64,000 nucleotides of DNA from Vicugna vicugna (taxonomy: Eukaryota), in contig MU057724.1 of assembly GCA_013265495.1 (NCBI GenBank), forward strand, positions 808,001 through 872,000, read 5' to 3'. Position numbers and translations under genes: made by a program. The notes beneath the pieces are model-generated. The model was not told where the DNA came from. It ran no database searches and worked only from the letters and a program-made list of their open reading frames with translations. Shown here piece after piece: positions 21,770-33,519 of this stretch (the first letter of the stretch is position 1; the number at the start of each line of letters is the position of its first letter).

Positions 21770-22500
21770 TTTATTATTTAAAAAGTGTTTTATTGGTGTG
21801 TAACTAACCCATGCTAACTGGACATTAGGAAATAGAAATGAACAAATAATGAAATTGCACCCATAATTAATGGTAACACTTCAGCATAAATCCTCCTAGA
21901 TTTTTTATGAGATACACAAAAAATATGTAAAGAGAAAATTGTGATCTCCTTTGTATTTGTTGTGCATTTATGTTACATGGCATTGTTACCATGGCTCTTA
22001 TATTTGTAGTATATATAACATATAATGTTAATGAATAAATATTTATACCCTCTTGACTGCAATATGTGATGTTGACTATTATACACTTGAACCAATTCCT
22101 TGTTGGAAACTGGCATTTATCCCATATTTCACTGTCTGAGCAAAGTTACAAGTGTAATTTTACAGGTATTTGGCATACTTTTTCAACCATAAATAAAATT
22201 CTAGGTGTGAAGACACCGGGTCAAAAGTTATGAATATTTGAAAGTCTCTACTGTGCATGAACACATTGCCTTACAGAAATGCTGTGTCGATTTGTGCTTC
22301 TACCAGGAGTCACCTCTCATTAAAAATTCTTCCTCACTACTCAGTAAACCTAACTTTCTATTAACTGAGACTCATTCTCTAAGTCTTTTGGCAGGTGAAT
22401 TGTTTCACTGTAAATATCTTGTTGGCTTGAACTGCAATCTGCTTTGCATGATTTAGAGACCCCGCGTTTGTCACTGATACCGGTCTCCAACCCTGTGCTT
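21770..22500 (-). mobile_element. L1ME-like fragments
   Basis: accaattccttgttggaaac...tctaggtgtgaagacaccgggtcaaaag; diverged. Confidence 0.5.
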
Positions 22501-23124
22501 TAACAGGGTTTGAAAAATTCTTTCATAAATTTGTTTTAAAAGATTTAGCTGTCTATTTTCCATTTTTCTTTCATCAGTTTAAGCTTAGCTTTATTCTATT
22601 TTTCTTCCCACAGGGTTACTTTTTTCCTTTATTCTTTCCCAAGGACAATTATAAATAGATTTGTTTTTTAAAGCATCTACTTCCTCATGCAGTATGTGCA
22701 TCCCCCACAGTCTCGACTATTGTGATCTGTTCTGTATTTATCCTTAGTAGTTCCATGTTCAGATGGCTCTAATTATTTTTAAAAATCTGTGGGACTACGA
22801 AAGCTGCCTTGGTGTTTCTTTTACTCTTTTTCTTACTTATATCTTCCTGAAAAATATAAGATGCTTCTAATCATATTTTCATGGGTAGCCCTTGAACTAT
22901 TTATAGTTTTAATTTTGGTCAAACCATGTACCCATATTAAATATCTCTAATTTATTTTGCTGTTTTCCATAGAAAGAGGTGGAACTCCTCCACAGAGCTG
23001 ATCACCTCCCAGGAGAGTGTGATTTTCCTTTGCGCATAGTTGGGCGCATGACATTCGGCCGTTTGCGACAACACAGATGGGCTTAGAGGGTGTTACGCTC
23101 AGCGGAACAAGCCAGGAATATCTC

Positions 23125-23625
23125 GGGCCATAGTTTTCCCTGTGAACTTGACTGGGTCACAGGATGCCCAGCTACTTGGCCAGACGTTGTTTCTCAGTGT
23201 TTTTCCTGACTGAAGTCGGCGTGGGGCTCCGTGGACTCAGGAGAAGCAGATTACCCTCCCAATGTGGGTGGGCCTCGTCCCACCTGCCGACGGCCAGAAT
23301 GAAACAAAACACAGAAAGAGGAAGAATTCAGCCTTTCCCTGCTGACTGCTGAGCTGGGGCGGTTCTCTCCTCCTGACATTGCTGCCCTGGCTGACATCAC
23401 GGGCTCTCCTCCGGCACCTGCTCGCAGAAGGCAGGTTGTGAGACTTTCTCAGCCTCTGAAACCGTGTGGGCGAGTCCTTCTGATAAACGTCTTCACGATA
23501 AATCAGATCTGTTTGTCTGTCTGTTTATCTGTCTGCCTGTCTATTATCTATCAGTCTGTTTCTCTATCACTTATCTCTCTCTCACTCTAGATTTCTGTTT
23601 CTCTGGAGAAAGCTGGCTAGTCCAC
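23125..23625 (+). mobile_element. MLT2 (ERVL) LTR
   Basis: aacttgactgggtcacaggatgcccag...agcagattaccctcccaatgtgggtgggcctc...ttctgtttctctggagaa. Confidence 0.85.
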
Positions 23626-23889
23626 AGGCTAATGCTGAAAAACTACTGAACTAATTATGGGAAGACTACAGTTACCTTATTAGAAGACCTGGGGGAAGCG
23701 CGACGTGCGCAGCCGAGGAAGACGCACAGTACGTGCTGAGGAGGCACCGCCGGAGCTGGGGGACTGGGGTCCCCCGAGGGAACCGGTCAGCCTCGGGGGC
23801 CTTGGGGCTTTCTCTCCTGCCAGGCTGACTCCCACCCCAGGCTACCTGTCGTCATCCCTGTGCACATCGTGTTCCGCCTCCACCCCCAC

Positions 23890-23927
23890 CACATGCGCGC
23901 GCGCGCGCGCACACACACACACACGCG
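23890..23927. repeat. (GC)8(AC)n alternating purine-pyrimidine tract
   Basis: cacatgcgcgcgcgcgcgcgcacacacacacacacgcg. Confidence 0.95.
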
Positions 23928-25329
23928 GTAGTACCGAGTCCTCCTTGAGCCGGAAGTCCTCTTCTCGCGACCCCAGGGCACTTTCTAGTGCTTGCCCTGC
24001 ACGCGCGTCCTTGGCTGAGACTATGTTCCCGCTGCATCTGTGCCCGTTGATGTCCGCTCCTCAAAAGAGCAACTGGTTTTGCTTCCGTCGCCGCCCTGCT
24101 GCCTTGTGTAGGCGCCACCCGCCCGGCCGCCCCCCAGGCCTGCAGCTGAACTGGGCCCCACAGTCCGTCCTCAGTGCTGAGAAGCCGTCGGCACCGCAGC
24201 CCGTGCACCCGCGCAGCGCGCGGGGTTTCTCCCCCTCGCCCTCCTCTGACCCCGAGTTTCCCTGGCAACCCATCTTTATGCGTTCCTCTAACTTCCCTTT
24301 TCTACCTCAGAGCATCTAATTTATTTGCAAAGACTTGGCTTCGCTGCTAGAAGCTGCAGGCGTCTGCCAATTTTAGGCTCTCAGATGTGCAAGAACCACC
24401 CAAAAGGGCCAGTTTGTTTCTGCTTTATAATTTTCAAATACACGAGAGCACAAGTTGCAAAAGAACATAGAAAGTTTTCTTTTAAGAGTTGGGTATCGCT
24501 TCATGGGAATGAATTCGCTGTTTAAATTGAGATCACGTGCCTTCACTGCGGACCCGAGGGGGGCGGGAGGTAGCAGCGAGAAGCGCTCTAGCGGGCGGAC
24601 GTGAGCTTTATTTCCTGCGGCGCGAGTTCAAGTCTCCCATCTTGTGTATTTCTCCCTCATGTGACATGCTCTGAGCTCCCCCAGCCTGCTGACCTGGTGG
24701 GGACTTCTGCGTCGTCATTTACTTTGGAATGCCATCTTCCTCCCGCTCAGTTTCCCCAGGTCATCTGAGGTCACGGGACCTTCCCTGCTCTGTAATGCTC
24801 AGGAACTTTGGTCTAAGGACGGTCGCCAGTGATGTCAGTCTCCTGGAGGTGGTGGCCCCCTGCTCCTGGCCGCCTTTGGGCAGAAGGGCACGTCCAGGGC
24901 TGAGCCCGGGTTCTTGGGCTGAGCGTTGACCCCCAGAAATTCCCTTCCGAGGCTCTTGTCCCTGCCACGCGTCCCAGAGTTGTGTGGCAGGTCGGCTCTA
25001 TGAGGATCTGTTTTGGCCTCTGTCGCCTTCCCTTGCTGGGGGAAACGGCCTCAGTTCTTCTCCCGCTAATTCTAAGCTTCTTTCCTTTAGGACAATTCAG
25101 CTCTTCCTGAGAACAAGAGTTCTCAACTCTGCCAGGGGTCATGGAAAGGAAGTTCCAGAAACGCGCGCCCCAAAACCTGTCCTACTGAAGCCCCTCCTCA
25201 CGGTGGGGGGGGGGCGCACGGCAGACAAGGGGACAGAAGGCTCACGTCTGTTCTTCCTGGTACTTCTGCGTCGGCAAGGGCAGGTCTGTGGTCCTACCGA
25301 GACGACAAACAGCCACCATGCGACTGTTT

Positions 25330-25530
25330 GCTGAGCACTCGTGCCAGTGGTTTCCCCAAGCGTTTCATCACATGCACATTTCACTTGTACTGCGTTTAAG
25401 GCACAGAAGAAACTAAGGAAAGTGCTCATTCTGCTGACGGATAGACTGAGGTTTCGAGAGGTCAGACTGGGCAAGACCTCACAGGTAGCTGCACCTGGTC
25501 AATCCAGGATTCAAATCATGGCTTTCAATT
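25330..25530 (-). mobile_element. MIR SINE
   Basis: gactgaggtttcgagaggtcagactgggcaagacctcacaggtag...ccaggattcaaatc. Confidence 0.6.
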
Positions 25531-28500
25531 TTGAAATCTTAGTTTGAACACTGTGGTACATAAAAGTCTGCCGAACACGGAAATGGCACATTTTTGCACG
25601 TCTGCACTGAACACGGAGCGACGGGGCAGCGGCTCGGTCAGCCTCTGGCTGCGGTTTCTGCCCCCCGAGGAGGCCGAACCACGGATGCAGGGCCATGGGT
25701 GCTGGGCCGGCTGGGCCCCCGGACTCGCCACCCCACACGAGGATGTGCAGGACCTGAGTCTGCAGACTTTTTCAGGGACTTTTATTTAAAGTCCCTGAGA
25801 CAAACATTAATTTACCACCATTGAGTATTTTTCCCTGAAATGAGCCGGCTTCACCTGGCTACGCTACTTCTGGGCCTGCGGCAGGCCGAGAGCACCATTG
25901 TCATTGAAGTGTAAGGCAGCGTGTCCCTCTGAAGGGACAGTGATGATAAATGTCACCACATTTCATAAGGCTTTTTTTTTTTTAACTTTAGAGGATTTTT
26001 GTAAAGCTGGCAACTTTTCAGAAAATAAGACTGTTAGGAAATGGGATTTTTATTCTTCAGAGACCTTTCCTCCGCTTACCGCGACCATCAGGTTGCTCAG
26101 GGCACCTCGGGGGTAAGGGTGTTCGTTGCTGTTTTTGTTGTGTTTTGTGCCTTCCAAGTTACGCTGACCCCTGGAGGGCATGCTGAGGACGCGGCGGGCC
26201 GCCCGCCCAGACTCTGCCCTGTGGTCTCTTCCTGCGGCTGGCTCTGATCCGCATCTTCTTGCTATAACCAGCCTGTGATTTTAAGCTTAGGGCTTTCCTG
26301 CATTCCGGGTCACTGCGGAGAATTCCTGAACCTGCGGGGCTCTGTGGGGAGCCCCCGACTTTAGCCGGCTTGTCTGAAGTGAGGGTGTCCCTGGGCTGTC
26401 GAACATCTGGGGCAGGCCTGGTGGTCTGGAGTCGTGACCCGGGTGGCCTCAAAGAGCTGGGCGTGACAATGACATTGTGACACTGAATTAAAGGTGATGC
26501 AGGTCTGGTTCCTTTTGCTGGATTTCTCTCTTTTGACTGGACACTTGCTTGTCACCCTGCTCGATGCAGCCTCAGGTCCTAAACAAACCCACCTGCCCCA
26601 ATTCTTAAAAACCTAATTTTTAAAGTAATAACTGGAATTAGATGTGGCTTCACTTTCCTCAAATGCTGCCTTTGTGTGGGGATAATTCATCTTCATGGTT
26701 TGTCGGAGCTTCTGGAGTAATATTTATTATGATGTCTGTTTGGGCTAAAAATACTTGTTGGCTTATTGTGAAGTCAGTGAACTGAACGAACTAATGACTA
26801 GTGAATTGCAAATGTGCAAGGCTTCGGTGGAATTTTACTTTTGAGTTAATTCCTAAAGAAGACGCCAATACGGTGAATCCGTTTAATGTCACTCCTGGTA
26901 ACGGATGGTTTCGGAGATGCTCAGTATTCAAAATAAATATTAATGAATGGCTGGCGCCCTTTGCGGTCTCACCCTGTTAAAATAAAGTTAGTTGTTTGCT
27001 GGTTTAACACAATGTTTTAAAGATAATAGAAAATTCTAGAAAAGGCAGAACTGTGTCACTGAGGTCCACACTGCACAGCAGGCGTGTGTGTCTGCAGCTG
27101 CCCACCCGAGCGTGGGGGCTGTTGAGGTGAGACTCCCGCCACTTGGTCACTGTCAGAGTTGGGAAACCCGCTGCTTTCGCAGAGTGAGACCAGCCAGGCA
27201 CGCGGCCCCACACTGCGCCAGCCTGCCCTGCGGACACGGCCTCTTCAAGGCTGCGCTGCGCGTCGGAGTGACTGTCCACAGCAGCCCTGCTTGGACAGTG
27301 CCTTGCATTCCACCACGAACATCGCGCACACTCTGCTGCTCTGGCACAGGTGAGGCGTCCGCTCAATTACAGTTCAAAGGAGTTTCGCTTATTTCATATC
27401 TCGTGTACAAATACCTTTTTACTGTCTCTCAGTTCATCTGTCCGAGGTCCTGCTTTATAAGGGATGGACTCGCTTCTCGGGGGTTGGGACGCACTGCTGC
27501 AAGTTGGTGATGGGGGAGTCTGCGAGGGTGACCCAGAGCTGCTCCTGGTCTGGCCCGTTTTCTCCTCTCACACTTATGATGACGGACAACACAGGGACAA
27601 TCTGACAGGCTAGCAGTCAACCTTCTAAAATAGATCATGAGAACTGCAAAGCAAATGTGCATCTGTCGCCTTACAGACCCTGCTGTCTGTGAAACGAGCA
27701 TCATGACCGAGTCTCTGCACCAAGCGGCCAGCACCCGGGCTCAGATTCGTCTGCGATTTTCTCGTTGCACTGGCTCAGAAAGCCCGGATTTGCTCATTTA
27801 AAACACGTTAAATTGATATCGATTTTAATCTATTTATCAAGTGGAGTATTTTTTTACACCTAGCAATTCCCAAATTTCCTTTTAAACGAAAACTAGCTTG
27901 TATTATTTTATCTTTTTCCCCCATGGATGGAAATCTGTCGTGGGCTGGTAAACGATTTGCCAGGCTTGCACCGTTTGCTCTTCATTCTCCAGGGGCGAAC
28001 GCTCCCGCCACGCAGACTCGCGCTGTCTTGTGGCGACACTGAGGCTGAGAAGTTGAGAAGGGATGCTAACAACCAGTTTCCTCGAGGCTCTGAGCTGCTC
28101 CAGCACATCCCTCCACGTAATTTAGTTACCGTGGGGCAGGGGTGGCAGGATTTCTAAATTGCAGTGGAAAAAAATACAGAGATAAGTGTAGGCATCTCAG
28201 GGAAACGTTAACCTTTACTGAGTCAATGCATTGTCTCTGGATTATGAAATCAGGCGCACGCTAACCCAGTTCTGTTTTCATTAAATAAGTGGTTTTAAAT
28301 TAACATCGTAGATGGAAGGAACTAAAAACACCCAGAAAGAGAAGCCCCGTCGGCCTTCACAAGTCTCTAACGGGAAGCAGCAAGGTCCCTTGGGACTGAT
28401 ACACAAATCCGGAGAGAAACGCAGATTAATCCTGGAAATCCTTTGCACATCCTTTTTGCGTGGGAATCTGAGAATAAAGTCACCCATAGTGAGAAAAGTG

Positions 28501-28899
28501 CATTGAAAGACGTTGAGAAGGGGGGTGAGCGCCGCAGTCTCACACCAGCCAAGGCTCAAAGCGCAGGAGAATCGTCATTATCGCCCTTCTTACCAGCCGA
28601 CCGCAAGAACTCTGTAAGGAGGCAGATCAAGTCTCAGCAGTGCGCAGGGCTTTTGTCTTATTTATGCTTAGATCCTGAAATAAGCATCATCTGATCCACC
28701 AGAAAGTGTGGCTTCTTATCATTAATGAGCACAGACTGGGGACAAACACAGTACTCACTCCTCGCTGTCAGTATGTGTTCATTACAGAAATGCCACCTGG
28801 TGGGACCGTTACGCAGGAGGCGCCTCTGGTTTGTGCACCAGAGAAACCTGGATCCGCGTGCCTGCACTTTCATTAAACAGATGGACAACCCGCCTGCTA

Positions 28900-29000
28900 A
28901 CAGACTCGTTTCCTCACCTGTAAGATGGACAGGATAGCATCTTCCTCGGGAGGTGATTTTAAGGATTAACAAGAGCGCGTGCACAGCCCCTGCGCGCTGG
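28900..29000 (+). mobile_element. MIR core fragment
   Basis: gtttcctcacctgtaagatgg...gtgattttaaggattaa. Confidence 0.6.
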
Positions 29001-29984
29001 GGAAGTGTCCCACCGCGGCCGCGCTCGGCGGTGGCACCGCGGCCAGAGCTGGAACGAGGAGACAAGCTCCAAACGGACTGGAAGCTTGTTCCTGTCACAG
29101 AATCGCCACGAACAAAAACAGGCTTCGGCACAAGTGTCTTGTCTCTGACCCTGGTTTTTCTTTCAAAGACACTGTTGAACAATACAAAGCTACTTGGTGA
29201 GAAACGACGTTGATAATGTAAGTGGGGCTGCTAAAATCAAAATACTCGTTCTTCCTGGCCCGAGAGACAGGTGTAGGATCTCCACATTGCGTTTGGCTGG
29301 TGCAGACGGGAATGTAAAGTAAAAACAAAGGTTGCTATCTGCAGTATCTGTACTGTTTGCAAACATCTAAGAGCAGTGATTGGCTTTAGCACAGCCGCTG
29401 AGAAGCGGTGGCGTGTGCCAGGCAGACGTGCGTCCGGGGTCCCTGGCTGTGGCAATCTGTTCAGCCTCACCGCGTCTCCTGTCGCTGCCAGCACTTAGCA
29501 CAGCTCGCGTCCCCCCACTGCCGGGTCAGGGGCGCGGCCGGCTCAGCGGTGCCTCTGCGCGGGGTCTCCATCATGTGGCCCTGGGCCGCCTCCCTCTGGA
29601 GGCTGGACGGGAAGAGCCAGCTTCCAGGAACCAGGGCGGCTGACTGGATCTGTTCTATCGCAGCTGCTGGACGTCAGCCGGCAGCCACCCACCTCGCCGT
29701 GTGGGAATCCCAACACCAAGGTGGGAGAGAAGGTACCTGGGTCTGTTTGCCGAGACGGAGGGTTAAGTGACAGCGAAATCGTGCAGGTGGAGACACCGCA
29801 CCTTCACCGTGTTTATCGCACAGGAGCAAGTCCCAGTTTCTGTCCACAGATGGGCGTGAACAGCCTTACACGAAGGCGTGCACTTCCTCGTGTGCACACA
29901 AGGGGGCGAACACCAGGACGTGGGTTTGACACGAGTTCACCTTCTAGTGTGCTGGCCACAAGTACCAAGTAATTTGAATTTAAA

Positions 29985-30064
29985 ATGATGTAAATGAATC
30001 ACTGTGCTGTTCACCAGAAACTAACACAAAATTGTAAATTGACATACTTCAATTAAAAATAAAA
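29985..30064 (+). mobile_element. Very short L1 3' tail
   Basis: tgaatcactgtgctgttcaccagaaactaacacaaaattgtaaattgacatacttcaattaaaaa. Confidence 0.8.
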
Positions 30065-30611
30065 CACAATGATTTATGGAGACATTGCTTGTTACATCTT
30101 TGATAGCATGTTTGTATGCCAATCAATGTTTGATCATTTGAACAAGTTTTACCCTGAATCTCAGCGAGACGTTTGATCTTTGTTGTGAGAATAAACCCAC
30201 AGAACAGGAGCAGACGACTGTGAAAGGCTCGGAACACAGGCTTCTTTGGAAAATGCTCTGCAGGAGGTGGGCACCCTGAGCTTACTCGGGGGATTTCCAC
30301 CACTTTGGTAAAGACAGCGGGTGGACAGTCCCACAGACCCGTGAGCTGGCGGCTGAGGAGGTGCCGCCAAGGCCCAGGGCTCCAGGGAGATGGAGCGCCT
30401 TCATCCCCTCTCTGTGGGGATGCCCCTCTGGCCCCCATGTGCCTGGATGGGAGAATGATTTACGGAAGCACTTTGTCTCCTTTTTATGGAAGCAATCCCA
30501 CCGTCCAGGCTGTCCCGGAAGTCTGGCCTTTGCACGGATGCAGACTCACTCCATGTAATCCCATCCTGGACGTGCGCTTTATTGGCGCCCAACCCCTTCT
30601 AAAGAGGGGCG

Positions 30612-30960
30612 TTGTGTTCATTACCTGTTGTTACGCGACGAGTGACCCCAGACGTGGCTTAGGTAGCAGGTAACTGTGTTTCAGGATGTCTGTCCCAGAG
30701 GCCTGGGCGTGCTTGGCTGGGGGCCTCCCCCCACAACCCCTGGTGAGGTCACGGCGGGCCAGGTGCCAGCTTGGACCGCGTCGCCCCGGGGCTTGGGGGC
30801 CGACAGGCCTGCTCTGGGCTCACCCACGAGCTGCTGGCTGCTGGCAGGTTCGCCTCTTTCCTGGCTGTCGGCTGGAGCTCGGGCTTCTCCACAGGGCTGC
30901 CCAGCCCTGGGCCGTGTGTCCCCGGCGGCTGGGTGTCTGAGGGCGTGAGAGTGGACAGGA
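30612..30960 (-). mobile_element. MLT1-like LTR, GC-shifted
   Basis: ttacctgttgttacgcgacgagtgaccccagacgtggctta...cttggctgggg. Confidence 0.4.
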
Positions 30961-31668
30961 CCTCCCCGCAGGGCGGCAGCCTCTGGAGAAGCTCATCCGG
31001 TGGGTGGCCACCCACCACTTCTGCCGTCTGTGTCCTTGGGAGTGAGGCGCTAGGTCTGGTTTACACTCGGGTGGGGGCTGCCGATGGAAGGGGGTCCAGG
31101 GGACAGGACCGCCGTGGGCGTCTCAGCGGCACCTGCCACAGGTGCTGGCTGTCACCACAACTGGAACATGACACGAGGAGGGATGGCGACATGCACTTAG
31201 AGGCCACAAGGGACCAGGAGTCTCCATCACACTGCTTTTATCTGCACACGACTTTGGAAGCTGAGCTTCAGAGACGTTCCAGACGTGGCTGAGGTCCCAG
31301 CACAGTGGTGCTTGTTTGATCCGAAGCCTGCGCCCACCAGGTGTCCCCTCCAGGCAGTGCCTGGCTGGGCTCAGCCTCTGTCCCTCGTCAGGCACCACGC
31401 GGTACTGGCGACGACTGCTTAACGGGACGAGAGAGCGGTTCACAGGCCTACCGGGTTCTAAACCATGGTGCGTAGGAGGTAGCTTCAACATTCTGCATTT
31501 TGCTGAAGATCCTTAAAAAACAGGGCAGCCAGGACCTGGTTGTTCAAATGAGTTAAGTTCAGTGTGTTGTGTGTTGTTCTGTGGGTGGTTTTGGTGACAC
31601 TTTCTAGGGGCCCGTTTCTGACCTGCTTAGCCCTTCAGTCCTCCTCTCTCTGCTCCTTCTTCATGTAA

Positions 31669-31757
31669 ACACGCACTCACCCTCATGCACACTCTCACAC
31701 TCACACACACACTCACACACACACTCACACACACACTCATACACACACTCACACACT
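31669..31757. repeat. Degenerate (CA)n / (CACACT)n microsatellite
   Basis: directly visible. Confidence 0.9.
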
Positions 31758-32330
31758 GACTATTCAGAAACCAGAGCTGAAGGCGCGTGTTGGTCACCGT
31801 GACTTCCCACGTCCATTCTACCTGTAAGTCCTCCCACGCGTCCTCTGTCCTTCCTGGAGGATTCTGTCCATCATCAGACTTCCCACCTGCCCGATCCACC
31901 CAGTCACTTGAGAGCTTATAGCCGTCATTAAAAAGAAATCAATGACATGTCGGCTCTCTCTCTCCTGTTCCTGAATTACATCCTGTGGATGTTCCATGAA
32001 TTTTCAACGTTACGTCTGATTGTTCAAAGTCTAACCCAGTTCAAAAACCCAACCTCAAAAACGGTTTAACCCTTCTCTTCCCCTTCTCCCAAAAAATTAA
32101 ATTCCCCCAATCACAGCCCTCGAGCAAGGCTCCCCCCTCACGTCACGAGTGGCCGCCAGCACCGAGTCGACTTCTGTCCCTTGAGTGACGCCCAGAGTCG
32201 CGGGGACTGTCTTAACACGTCACCTTCCTTAAACCGAGGGTCCTACTCTCTCCCAAAGAGGACAGCGAGCCTTCTGCTTGTGTTCCTTCCCGAAAAGCAC
32301 ACGATGAATCCTCTTCTATAAGAGAAAAAG

Positions 32331-33519
32331 ACAAACTTTTGGTCAACTCATCTTCGACATAGGAGGCAAGAATATACAATGGAATAAAGACAGTCTCTTC
32401 AGCAAAAGGTGTTGGGAAAACTGGACAGCAGCATGTAAAGCAATGAAGCTAGAACACNNNNNNNNNNNNNNNNNNNNNNNNNNNNNNNNNNNNNNNNNNN
32501 NNNNNNNNNNNNNNNNNNNNNNNNNNNNNNNNNNNNNNNNNNNNNNNNNNNNNNNNNNNNNNNNNNNNNNNNNNNNNNNNNNNNNNNNNNNNNNNNNNNN
32601 NNNNNNNNNNNNNNNNNNNNNNNNNNNNNNNNNNNNNNNNNNNNNNNNNNNNNNNNNNNNNNNNNNNNNNNNNNNNNNNNNNNNNNNNNNNNNNNNNNNN
32701 NNNNNNNNNNNNNNNNNNNNNNNNNNNNNNNNNNNNNNNNNNNNNNNNNNNNNNNNNNNNNNNNNNNNNNNNNNNNNNNNNNNNNNNNNNNNNNNNNNNN
32801 NNNNNNNNNNNNNNNNNNNNNNNNNNNNNNNNNNNNNNNNNNNNNNNNNNNNNNNNNNNNNNNNNNNNNNNNNNNNNNNNNNNNNNNNNNNNNNNNNNNN
32901 NNNNNNNNNNNNNNNNNNNNNNNNNNNNNNNNNNNNNNNNNNNNNNNNNNNNNNNNNNNNNNNNNNNNNNNNNNNNNNNNNNNNNNNNNNNNNNNNNNNN
33001 NNNNNNNNNNNNNNNNNNNNNNNNNNNNNNNNNNNNNNNNNNNNNNNNNNNNNNNNNNNNNNNNNNNNNNNNNNNNNNNNNNNNNNNNNNNNNNNNNNNN
33101 NNNNNNNNNNNNNNNNNNNNNNNNNNNNNNNNNNNNNNNNNNNNNNNNNNNNNNNNNNNNNNNNNNNNNNNNNNNNNNNNNNNNNNNNNNNNNNNNNNNN
33201 NNNNNNNNNNNNNNNNNNNNNNNNNNNNNNNNNNNNNNNNNNNNNNNNNNNNNNNAGAATACAGACTTGTGGTTACCAGGGGGGTGGAGGGTAGGAAGGG
33301 ATAGACTGGGATTTCAAAATTGTAGAATAGATAAACAAGATTACACTGTATAGCACAGGGAAATATACACAAAATGTTATGATAACTCACAGAGAAAAAA
33401 ATGTGACAATGAGTGTGTATATGTCCATGAATGACTGAAAAATTGTGCTGAACACTGGAATTTGACACAACATTGTAAAATGATTATAAATCAATAAAAA
33501 GTGTTAAAAAAAAAAAAAG
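32331..33519 (+). mobile_element. Young camelid L1, 5'-truncated, spanning an assembly gap
   Basis: open ORF2 piece [40 protein letters not shown]; 798 N; clean 3'UTR and polyA; TSD AGAGAAAAAG at 32321-32330 and 33520-33529. Confidence 0.92.

Noticed and set aside
24560..24640. B-box-like GAGTTCAAGTC suggesting a tRNA gene
   Set aside because: No cloverleaf; more likely a decayed SINE or chance
30583..30593. TGGCGCCCAAC resembling a tRNA-Lys primer-binding site
   Set aside because: Only 11 nt match, no LTR ending in CA upstream and no gag sequence downstream
32443..33468. 283-aa and 339-aa ORFs
   Set aside because: Artefacts of the N gap inside an L1
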